Shown here: positions 47,037 to 55,163 of the stretch, in pieces
How the letters are laid out: each line of letters begins with the position of its first letter
Numbering within the stretch: the stretch's first letter is position 1
From: Saprospiraceae bacterium
Lineage (GTDB): Bacteria > Bacteroidota > Bacteroidia > Chitinophagales > Saprospiraceae
Assembly (NCBI GenBank): GCA_041741155.1
Contig: JBGSKO010000116.1
Coordinates: 29,103-93,102, forward strand
Direction: 5' to 3'
Length of the DNA: 64,000 bases
Notes under the pieces: generated by a model
Seen by the model: only the letters and a program-made list of their open reading frames with translations
Databases searched by the model: none
What the model was told of the DNA's origin: nothing
Program-made: the position numbers and the translations under genes

Positions 47037-48824
47037 ATGCAGCACCTCGCCTACCTCAACAAGTTTTTCTGGAAATATCGCTGGCGCTTCCTCCTCGGGA
47101 TCGTGTTTGTTGGCTTTGCCAACTGGTTCCGCGTGTGGCAACCCAAGATTATCCGGGAAGCACTGGACACGGTGGTCACGCAGGTGCAGCACTACAAAGA
47201 CACCGGCGGCATTTCGGCGCACCCGGAAGCATACGAGGAACTGGGCACACAGATTGCCTGGTTTGGAGGAGCAGTCATCGTGCTGGCTTTTCTGATGGGC
47301 CTGTTCATGTTTTTTATGCGCCAGACCATTATTGTGATGAGCCGACTCATTGAGTACGATATGCGCAAGGAACTCTTTGCGCACTACACAAAACTGGATC
47401 TGGCTTTTTTTAAACGAAACAGCACGGGCGACCTTATGTCGCGCATTTCGGAGGACGTGTCCAAGGTGCGGATGTTCCTTGGCCCTACCATTTTGTACGG
47501 CCTCGACCTGATTTTTTTGTTCGTACTGACCATCTCGTCCATGCTGCGCGTGAGTGTGCCGCTCACGCTGTGGTCGTTGTTACCACTGCCGTTTCTCAGT
47601 ATTTCGATTTACTGGGTGAGTAGTGTGATGAACAGGCGCAGCGAAAAAATCCAGCAGCAACTGGCCGTGCTCACCAGTACCGCCCAAGAGGTGTACAGCG
47701 GTATCCGGGTAGTGAAGAGTTATGCGCAAGAGGATGCTATGGGTCGCCATTTTGCCGAACAAAGCGAGGTGTATCGCCAAAAAACGCTGGGACTCACCCG
47801 GGTGGATGCCTTCTTTTACCCGCTCATGATACTCATGGTAGGCGCCAGCACCATCATCACCGTCTATGTCGGGGGGCTGCAAGTCGTGCAGGGCAATATA
47901 ACCACCGGCAACATCGCCGAGTTTGTGATTTATATTAATATGCTCACCTGGCCCGTGACCGCTATCGGCTGGATTGCCTCCCTGACCCAGCAAGCCGCTG
48001 CTTCGCAAAAACGCATCAACGAATTTCTCGCCACCAAACCGACGGTAGAAAACGACCACCACCTCCCGGCAACCACCTTCCGAGGCCATATTGTTTTTGA
48101 AAATGTAGGCTTCGTATATCCCGATACGGGTATCCGGGCGCTGGAAAATGTGTCGTTCGAAGTGTTGCCCGGTCAAAAAATGGCCATCGTGGGCCGCACA
48201 GGGTCGGGCAAGACAACCATTGCCGACCTGTTACTCCGTATGTACGATGTAACGGAAGGCCGTATCCTGCTCGACGGCAAGGATTTGCGCGAACATGACC
48301 TGTACCAGTTACGCCGCCGCATCGGGTATGTCCCGCAAGATGTGTTTCTGTTTTCGGACACCGTACAGGGAAATATTGCCTTCGGTAACGCTGACATTGC
48401 CCGCGAACAGGCCGAGTTTTTTGCCAAAAGCGCCGCAGTGCATAGTGACATCATGGGCTTGCCCAAAAACTACGAAACCCTGGTGGGCGAACGGGGTGTA
48501 ACCCTCTCCGGCGGTCAAAAACAACGCATCAGCATTGCGCGGGCATTTGCCAAACAGCCCGATATCGTGCTGCTCGACGACTGTTTATCTGCGGTGGACA
48601 CGCATACGGAAAGCCAGATTTTGGGCTACCTGAGCCAGGCACTGGCTGACAAAACAGCCATTATCATTACCCACCGGATTTACGGGATGCTGGAGTTTGA
48701 CAAAATTATTGTGCTGGAAGACCACCGGATTGCCGACTCCGGCACACACGAAGAACTGCTTGCCAAAGGCGGTTACTACGCCGAGTTGTTCGAAAAACAA
48801 TCCGCAGGGGGACTTGTCGAATAA
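47037..48824 (+). CDS. ABC exporter, fused permease/ATPase (MsbA-like); no N-terminal C39 peptidase domain
   Basis: Six N-terminal TM helices begin at the N-terminus. Walker A is GRTGSGKTT, the signature is LSGGQKQRISIARA and Walker B is IVLLDD. Confidence 0.9.
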   Translation: MQHLAYLNKFFWKYRWRFLLGIVFVGFANWFRVWQPKIIREALDTVVTQVQHYKDTGGISAHPEAYEELGTQIAWFGGAVIVLAFLMGLFMFFMRQTIIVMSRLIEYDMRKELFAHYTKLDLAFFKRNSTGDLMSRISEDVSKVRMFLGPTILYGLDLIFLFVLTISSMLRVSVPLTLWSLLPLPFLSISIYWVSSVMNRRSEKIQQQLAVLTSTAQEVYSGIRVVKSYAQEDAMGRHFAEQSEVYRQKTLGLTRVDAFFYPLMILMVGASTIITVYVGGLQVVQGNITTGNIAEFVIYINMLTWPVTAIGWIASLTQQAAASQKRINEFLATKPTVENDHHLPATTFRGHIVFENVGFVYPDTGIRALENVSFEVLPGQKMAIVGRTGSGKTTIADLLLRMYDVTEGRILLDGKDLREHDLYQLRRRIGYVPQDVFLFSDTVQGNIAFGNADIAREQAEFFAKSAAVHSDIMGLPKNYETLVGERGVTLSGGQKQRISIARAFAKQPDIVLLDDCLSAVDTHTESQILGYLSQALADKTAIIITHRIYGMLEFDKIIVLEDHRIADSGTHEELLAKGGYYAELFEKQSAGGLVE

Positions 48825-48831
48825 ACGTCTG

Positions 48832-50469
48832 CTATTGCCCGTTGGGGCGGAGCGCTTGTATTGCCGGCTGGAGTCTGAGTACTTTCACATTCGCTCCGGC
48901 TTTTGCCGCGGATTTAATGGTTTGCAACGCCCTGGCTGTATCGCCCTTTTGCATTTGGGCATCCACGGCTATTTGTACGGCTTCCACATTTGTTGGATCA
49001 CGTCTCAAAACTTCTTTCGCCTGCGTTTCTGCGCTGGTTGCATCGCCCAGGCCAAGGTTTGCCTTCGCTGCTCCGATGCGGGCGTCAAGGTTGTTTTTGC
49101 TGGAAGCGACAATACGCTCCATTTTGTCGCGTCGCCGCTCAAGTGCCGAAGTACTGTCTTGCACCTGCCGTGCTTTATCCTCTATCCAGGTACTGTCCAG
49201 GTCGCCGTATTGTTTGGCTGTTTGAAGTTCCTGATTGGCTTTTTCCGGCTGACTACTGCCCAAAAACGCCTTGATGCGCGCCTCGCGCAAAGCCGGCTCC
49301 ACCGTTTTATTTGAAGGGGATACTGCCTCCAAATCGCGCGCTGCGGCCCGGTAATCCTTGAGCTGAAGCAGCAGGGCGCCGCGTTTGGTGTGTGCTGTGG
49401 CATTATCCGGGAAATGCTCCAGCACTTTATCATACTCGGCAATTGCCTTTTCGGGCTCGTTCTGCACAAAATAACGGTCGGCCATAATGAAACTGGTGGT
49501 CGTGTCCACCGGATGGGCCTCCGCGCCCGGATCATCGCTTTTGAGGGCAGCAAGGTCCGCGTCCATGGCTCGCAGTGCATTGGCAGCAATGGGCGATCGT
49601 TTGTAGTTGGCCAGTACCATGTACAACATCCGGCTCACGGCTTTTACGTCACTTGTCAGAGCGGCTTCCTCCGTTACAGAGAGCAGGCGGTTAATGGTCG
49701 TATCTCCGCCGAAGCGAACGCCGCCGCCATCGAGCAGGCGGTAGCGCACGTCAATGGTATAGCTGTTGTTTTCGCGTTTCCGGACTTTGCCCCAAACCAG
49801 CATTTGTGCGCTGCAATTGCGCGCTATGTCAACGGCTTGCGCGGAATTGGGGTAGTTTTGATCAATATCGTAGCGCTTGTGTACGTCTGCGATCGTCTTG
49901 GTACGTAATTCCGGTGTCTGATCAATCCAGTCATTCAGCTCATCCATGATGTCAATGGCCGGATTTTCGCCGCGCTGTGCCCCCATAAAAGGAAGAATCA
50001 TCACGCGCGTTTCAGCCTCTTCGCTAAACGAGGGGCAATCCTCGGACTGGTATAAAAATACAAACCACAACACAGCGGCGATGATCAATGCAGCTCCACC
50101 GCCAATGGCGTAGTAACGCCACACTTTGGTACGGCTTGGTTCGGACTCTTGCTCGAAGGAAACTTTTCCGGACTCCAGCAGTCGTACGATTTTGAGGGCA
50201 TTATCAGCCAGTTGATTGGTCGTACGGCGCGCCTCGTCTCCAGAGATCGTGCCTTTCAGATTCTGGGCCTTCAACTGATACAGATCGCCCTGGTTGACTC
50301 GGGCAATATTGGCCAATTCAGCGTATTCCTCCGAAGATTCCAATAGTATGACCAACTGGTCGTAGCCCTCCTCCAGATTACCCTGGCTGACGAGCTGTTT
50401 TATTTGAGCAAGCGCCTTTTTGATCTCCATGGTTTCGATTGATTTCGAATAATGCAATTGTCCTGCCAA
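48832..50469 (-). CDS. single-pass membrane protein: N-terminal cytoplasmic helical module, periplasmic domain + TPR repeats
   Basis: 545-aa ORF. The TM helix YYAIGGGAALIIAAVLWFVFLY lies around residue 120 and C-terminal TPR-like repeats follow. The start could instead be M14. Confidence 0.7.
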   Translation of the reverse strand: MAGQLHYSKSIETMEIKKALAQIKQLVSQGNLEEGYDQLVILLESSEEYAELANIARVNQGDLYQLKAQNLKGTISGDEARRTTNQLADNALKIVRLLESGKVSFEQESEPSRTKVWRYYAIGGGAALIIAAVLWFVFLYQSEDCPSFSEEAETRVMILPFMGAQRGENPAIDIMDELNDWIDQTPELRTKTIADVHKRYDIDQNYPNSAQAVDIARNCSAQMLVWGKVRKRENNSYTIDVRYRLLDGGGVRFGGDTTINRLLSVTEEAALTSDVKAVSRMLYMVLANYKRSPIAANALRAMDADLAALKSDDPGAEAHPVDTTTSFIMADRYFVQNEPEKAIAEYDKVLEHFPDNATAHTKRGALLLQLKDYRAAARDLEAVSPSNKTVEPALREARIKAFLGSSQPEKANQELQTAKQYGDLDSTWIEDKARQVQDSTSALERRRDKMERIVASSKNNLDARIGAAKANLGLGDATSAETQAKEVLRRDPTNVEAVQIAVDAQMQKGDTARALQTIKSAAKAGANVKVLRLQPAIQALRPNGQ

Positions 50470-50472
50470 GCC

Positions 50473-51159
50473 CTAAAGCAGGGGTTTCAGCACTTTCCAC
50501 ACGGTTTCAGCTACGATCCGGTGGCCGGTTTCATTGGGGTGGATACCGTCGGGGAGGTTAAGGTTTGGCTCACCGCCCACCCCTTCCAGCAGGAACGGTA
50601 TGAGCGCAGCGCCGTTGGCTTTGGCCAGGTCAGGGTACATTCGGGCAAAGGTTTTGGTGTATGTCGGCCCGAGGTTGGGAGGCGCCAACATGCCGGCCAC
50701 CACGATTTTACAATCGGGGTATTTAGCTTTTACCCGGTCTATAATTTCCTGAAGATTTTTTTTCGATTCGTCTAACGGCAGACCGCGCAAGGCGTCGTTT
50801 CCGCCGAGTTCCAGCACGAAAACATCCACGGGTTGGGAAAGAATCCAGTCAATCCGGTTTTTGCCGCCGGCGGTGGTTTCGCCGCTGTTGCCGGCGTTCA
50901 CACACAGGTAGGGCAAACCGAGACTGTCTATTTTTTTTTGGATCAGCGCCGGGAAGCCCATTTCGGGCGACAGTTGGTAGGCGGCTGTGAGGCTATTCCC
51001 AAAAAAAACAATGGTTTTGCGCGACGTTGCGGTAACTTCGGCAGGCGCAGCATTTGCACTGCCGGCGTCGGCAGATTTCTCGGGAGTGGACTGATTTTGG
51101 CAAGCGCCAAAAGCGGCTACGAGAAGGGCGGAGAAAAAAACAGTACGGATTAGAAACAT
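50473..51159 (-). CDS. SGNH/GDSL hydrolase (TesA-like arylesterase)
   Basis: The start is taken at MFLIRTVFFSALLVAAFGAC (signal peptide). Block I is FFGNSLT, block III is GGNDALRG and block V is DGIHPN. Confidence 0.85.
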   Translation of the reverse strand: MFLIRTVFFSALLVAAFGACQNQSTPEKSADAGSANAAPAEVTATSRKTIVFFGNSLTAAYQLSPEMGFPALIQKKIDSLGLPYLCVNAGNSGETTAGGKNRIDWILSQPVDVFVLELGGNDALRGLPLDESKKNLQEIIDRVKAKYPDCKIVVAGMLAPPNLGPTYTKTFARMYPDLAKANGAALIPFLLEGVGGEPNLNLPDGIHPNETGHRIVAETVWKVLKPLL

Positions 51160-51349
51160 GGCGGAATCGCGCTTTTGAGCAAAGGTACAATAAGTGTTGC
51201 TTTGACGGCGTGAGAAGCCAAACAGCGTTTTCGGCCCCAGGATGGCAAATAAACCTGTTTTTTTAAAAACTTTAACCCATTGCACCGTCAGACCGGTGTG
51301 CAATTGGGCAATCTGCCGCACATTTGCCCCAAGCCTGACACACTCAAAT

Positions 51350-52384
51350 ATGCCACGTCCACAACGTTCCGCAGAAGAATACGTCCGGGGTATCCGCGCC
51401 GGCGACCGCGTCGTGCTCGCCCAGGCGATCACGCTGGTGGAAAGCACTCGCCCGGCACATCAGGCGTTGGCGCAAACGGTCATCCAGCAAATCCTGAACA
51501 CTCCGGTACCACCCGAGTCAAAACTCAAAACCTTGCGCATCGGTGTTACAGGGGCGCCGGGGGCCGGTAAAAGCACCTTCATCGAGGCACTCGGAATGCA
51601 CCTGGTGGAGCAGGGCAGGCGGGTGGCCGTGTTGGCGATAGACCCGTCAAGCTCCGTTAGCCGGGGCAGTATTTTGGGCGACAAAACGCGTATGGAGCGG
51701 CTTTCATCCTCGGAACAGGCATTTATCCGGCCCTCTCCGGCGGGCGATTCGCTGGGCGGTGTGGCGCGTAAAACCCGCGAAACAATCCTGCTCGTAGAAG
51801 CGGCGGGCTACGACACGGTATTCGTGGAAACGGTCGGCGTGGGACAGTCGGAAACCGCCGTACACCGCATGACCGATGTGTTTGTGCTGCTGTTACTGCC
51901 GGGCGCCGGCGATGAGTTGCAGGGCATCAAACGTGGTATTGTGGAAATGGCGGATGTACTCGTTGTAAACAAAGCCGACGGTGACCGCATCAAACTCGCC
52001 AACCAGGCCCGCGCACACTACTTGAATGCAACCCACTTGCTCCCGCCAAACGCCAGCGGTTGGGCGCCACACGTGCTGTCCTGTAGCAGCCAGGAAGACA
52101 CCGGAATAGCCGAAGTATGGGGCGCCATCGAGGAATACCGGGAAAAGACACAGGCAAACGGCTTCTTTGCCGAAAACCGCCGCCAACAGGCACAATACTG
52201 GCTACAGGAAACGCTGGAGGCGGGGCTACGAGCAGCTTTTTATGGACACCCGGAGGTTAAACGCCAACTTGCGGCACTGGAGCCGGAGGTTTTGGCCGGG
52301 CAGATGTCGCCGTTTGCAGCAGCAGAGCAGGTGCTGCGGGCGTATGCTCCGGCGGAATTTGCCCCGCCGCCACCGGGTACTTGA
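51350..52384 (+). CDS. meaB: methylmalonyl-CoA mutase-associated GTPase MeaB/ArgK
   Basis: The start is taken at MPRPQRSAEEY. The P-loop is GVTGAPGAGKST and the G4 motif is VVNKADG. Confidence 0.9.
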   Translation: MPRPQRSAEEYVRGIRAGDRVVLAQAITLVESTRPAHQALAQTVIQQILNTPVPPESKLKTLRIGVTGAPGAGKSTFIEALGMHLVEQGRRVAVLAIDPSSSVSRGSILGDKTRMERLSSSEQAFIRPSPAGDSLGGVARKTRETILLVEAAGYDTVFVETVGVGQSETAVHRMTDVFVLLLLPGAGDELQGIKRGIVEMADVLVVNKADGDRIKLANQARAHYLNATHLLPPNASGWAPHVLSCSSQEDTGIAEVWGAIEEYREKTQANGFFAENRRQQAQYWLQETLEAGLRAAFYGHPEVKRQLAALEPEVLAGQMSPFAAAEQVLRAYAPAEFAPPPPGT

Positions 52385-52401
52385 TTGATTGGTACATAGT
52401 C

Positions 52402-52441
52402 AAAACAAAAAAACGCCGAGCGAGTCGTTCCTCGCCCGGCG
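52402..52441 (-). terminator. rho-independent terminator (minus strand)
   Basis: The stem 52414-52424 / 52431-52441 pairs at 10/11 positions and is followed on the minus strand by TTTTTTTTGTTTTG. It lies about 125 nt downstream of the LytTR gene stop. Confidence 0.6.
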
Positions 52442-52564
52442 CCAAACCAAAACCCTAATTGCTTATTTGTTTGGGTACTACACGGGTGTGTATGCTGAAT
52501 TCGAAATCATTAGTAGTATGTGCAACAACTTAACAACTCATCACTTATCGCTCATAGTTCATCA

Positions 52565-53041
52565 CTATTCCGAGTGATCGAAATACTGCGCCAAGGCTTC
52601 CAGGAAGATATCTTTCTGACCGGCAGAAACAGTAAGCGTTGCGCTGTTTTGGAGTACAACATGTCCCCCTTTTCCTTTCACATATTTTTTGATGTGCCGC
52701 AAATGGATCGTGTGTGAGCGGTGGATGCGCACAAATGCCGAGACCGGCAGCATGAGTTCCACCTCGCGCAGCGTGCGGCACACCAGGATTTGCCGGCCAT
52801 CCAGAAAATGCAGCACCGTGTAATTACCGCTCGCTTCGAGGTACGCGATATGCTTGACCTTCTCAAAACACAGGCCGTCCATCGTGGGCAAAACTACCTT
52901 GCTGGACTTCCCCGGGTCGTATGGTTGCGTACGACCCGGGGCTGGCGTCCGGTAATGGTCGGTGGTTAATGGCAGCGCGCGGGCACTGCGCACGGGTTCG
53001 GAGAATTCGGCAGCGGTCGGGTACGGTAAAGCGGTCATCAT
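52565..53041 (-). CDS. stand-alone LytTR DNA-binding protein (no receiver domain)
   Basis: The start is taken at MMTALPYP. A Pro-rich linker of about 50 aa precedes the LytTR domain (VKHIAYLEASGNYTVLHFLDGRQILVCRTLREVELML...FVRIHRSHTIHLRHI). Confidence 0.8.
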   Translation of the reverse strand: MMTALPYPTAAEFSEPVRSARALPLTTDHYRTPAPGRTQPYDPGKSSKVVLPTMDGLCFEKVKHIAYLEASGNYTVLHFLDGRQILVCRTLREVELMLPVSAFVRIHRSHTIHLRHIKKYVKGKGGHVVLQNSATLTVSAGQKDIFLEALAQYFDHSE

Positions 53042-53170
53042 AGCAGTGCAATTTGAAATAAATGATGGGACAAAAGTATCGGCACGTCCAACCGTGACCA
53101 ACCCAAGTTTGGCGGATAAGTCAGGTTTCAAAGGCTTCTTTTGCATTTGGCCGGCCGGCAAAAAACCGGC

Positions 53171-53200
53171 ACTTTTGTCCAATCAAAAACAACTTTTGCC
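53171..53200 (+). promoter_or_regulatory. candidate LytTR operator: 9-bp direct repeats with a 12-bp spacer
   Basis: ACTTTTGTC (53171-53179), spacer caatcaaaaaca, then ACTTTTGCC (53192-53200), ending 44 bp upstream of the ATG at 53244. A third exact ACTTTTGTC lies inverted at 53069-53077, 28 bp upstream of the LytTR gene ATG. Confidence 0.45.
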
Positions 53201-53243
53201 GATCCGCCGTCGGCATTCGGGGTATCAGGCACCAAACCCAAAC

Positions 53244-54788
53244 ATGTCCAAGACACCTTCCGACAAACTCTTTCGCCTCATTCGCGGGCTCACGCCTGTG
53301 GAGAAGCGGTATTTTCATGTTTTTGTGGGCGGCAAAGTCGGACAGACCAGTAAGTATGTGCAATTGTTTGATGCCATTTCGGAGGTGGACTCCTTCGACG
53401 ACGAAGCGTTGCGCCGGAAAATCTACCAGAACAATCCGGTGGAAAGCAAGAAATTCTCGGAGCTTAAGGCATATCTGTATGACCTTATCCTGAAGAGTTT
53501 GCAGGCCTTTGATGAGCAGCATTCCGTAGATTTTCGGATAAACCACCAGTTACAAAGTGTGGCTGTTCTGTTCAAACGCGGGCATTACGACGCCTGTCAG
53601 GAATTACTCCGCAAAGCCGCCAAGACGGCACGCCACTACGAATGTTTTACTCATCTGCTGGAGATTGTACGCTGGGAAAAACACCTCGCGTACACCCGCA
53701 TGGATGTAGATTTTTTACACAAGCAATTTGATCAGTTGCAATTCACCGAAAAACGCGCAATGGAGCAATTGCACAATGTGGCCCAGTATCGCAACCTCTT
53801 TTTCCAGGTCTATACCACCATCAAGCGCGATGCCCTGCACCGCGGCGAGGAGCGTATGGAGCGCCTGCAAAATATTGTACAACACGACCTGCTCCGCGAC
53901 CTCGAACACGCACAATCGCACACCGCGCGGGTACTGTACTACCGCACGCTCAACCTGTACTTTTATGCCGCATCCGAACGCGAGCAGTTTTACGACACCG
54001 GCCTAAAAATGATTGAGCTTCTGGAGTCGCAACCCCACTTTTTGACAGAAAACCTGGCCGATTACATTGCTGCACTCAGTAATTTTATCCTCTCCTGCGG
54101 TCTGCTGGAGCGCTATGACGAAGTGCGCATCGCACTGGATAAACTACAGAAAATCAAACCATTAACTGCGGACGACCGTTTAAAAATTCACCGGCAATAC
54201 TATACCAACAAGTTTGTCCTGTGCATTTTTACCGGTGATTTTGAAGAAGGACGCCGGGAAATGGATCGTTGCCAATCGGAGGCCGGCCGGCTCGATCCGC
54301 ACGACTACGAGACGGCCAGTTTTTACTTTCAGTATTGTTGTATTTGTTTCGGCTGCGGTGACTACAACGGGGCGCTCGGCTACCTGAACGAGTGGCTCAA
54401 CCAACCGCGCACCGTGGAGCGCGAAGACCTGCAAAGCCTCGCCCGAATCCTTGCACTCATCATCCATTTTGAAATGGGAAACACCCTTTTGATTGAATCC
54501 CTGATGCGCTCGGCAACACGATTTTTACAAAAGAAAAACCGCCTCTACGATCTGGAGCGGCGGTTCTTTCATTTTATATCCGAACTGATGCGCGTGCCCA
54601 CGGAGCGGGAGCGGCAACATGCATTTCAAAAAATGCGCGACGACCTCGCGCAACTGTCTGATTGGCCGGGTGCCCGGGCGCTATTGCAAACGTTTGACCT
54701 GGACGCCTGGCTGGATGCCAAAATCAACAACCGGGCCTTTGCTGATTCCGTGAAAACCAAATGGGATCAAAAGAGACCGTTAACCTAA
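53244..54788 (+). CDS. 514-aa all-helical (TPR-like) hypothetical protein
   Basis: The start is taken at MSKTPSDKLFRLIRGLTPVEKRYFHVF. The ORF is long, uninterrupted and helix-rich. It has no signal peptide, TM segment or catalytic motif. Confidence 0.7.
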   Translation: MSKTPSDKLFRLIRGLTPVEKRYFHVFVGGKVGQTSKYVQLFDAISEVDSFDDEALRRKIYQNNPVESKKFSELKAYLYDLILKSLQAFDEQHSVDFRINHQLQSVAVLFKRGHYDACQELLRKAAKTARHYECFTHLLEIVRWEKHLAYTRMDVDFLHKQFDQLQFTEKRAMEQLHNVAQYRNLFFQVYTTIKRDALHRGEERMERLQNIVQHDLLRDLEHAQSHTARVLYYRTLNLYFYAASEREQFYDTGLKMIELLESQPHFLTENLADYIAALSNFILSCGLLERYDEVRIALDKLQKIKPLTADDRLKIHRQYYTNKFVLCIFTGDFEEGRREMDRCQSEAGRLDPHDYETASFYFQYCCICFGCGDYNGALGYLNEWLNQPRTVEREDLQSLARILALIIHFEMGNTLLIESLMRSATRFLQKKNRLYDLERRFFHFISELMRVPTERERQHAFQKMRDDLAQLSDWPGARALLQTFDLDAWLDAKINNRAFADSVKTKWDQKRPLT

Positions 54789-54994
54789 AAGATGCTGGTC
54801 TTGTCACCGGGACGCGTGATTGCCTCGCTCTCATCCGAGCGCGTATCTACGGAAGTCCAGCGGGTACGGTAGGTGAAGCGACGGCCGCGAATGATGTAGA
54901 AACCACCCTTAATGTGGTTCATTTCAGTTTCGTCCAGCGTGGTGACGAAGCTCTTGATCTTGAGATCGGTAAGTGAAAGTTTAGATTTTGCCAT
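54785..54994 (-). CDS. 69-aa peptide with a double-glycine (bacteriocin/RiPP-type) leader
   Basis: MAKSKLSLTDLKIKSFVTTLDETEMNHIKGG | FYIIRGRRFTYRTRWTSVDTRSDESEAITRPGDKTSIF. The leader resembles Bacteroidota GG-type natural-product precursors. Codon usage is GC3-rich like neighbouring genes. The stop overlaps the convergent 514-aa gene stop by 4 nt. Confidence 0.55.
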   Translation of the reverse strand: MAKSKLSLTDLKIKSFVTTLDETEMNHIKGGFYIIRGRRFTYRTRWTSVDTRSDESEAITRPGDKTSIF

Positions 54995-55163
54995 AAGATA
55001 CAGAAGTTTGAATTGAGCAGAATGAAGATTAACAGTGCTAATGTAACCGAAATATAGACACCCTGTTCGGAGGCGCACTTACCAGTTTTTTGGAAAAGTC
55101 AGGTTTCAGAAGGTTGATTTTTTGAGCGTGATCGAAAAGATGGATGCGATTACGCGCAGAAAA

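Noticed and set aside
52385-52564. Possible second small peptide gene or ncRNA downstream of the LytTR gene.
   Set aside because: Hand translation of both strands gives only very short (10-13 codon) or featureless ORFs. The region is best explained as a 3'-UTR ending at the terminator at 52402-52441.
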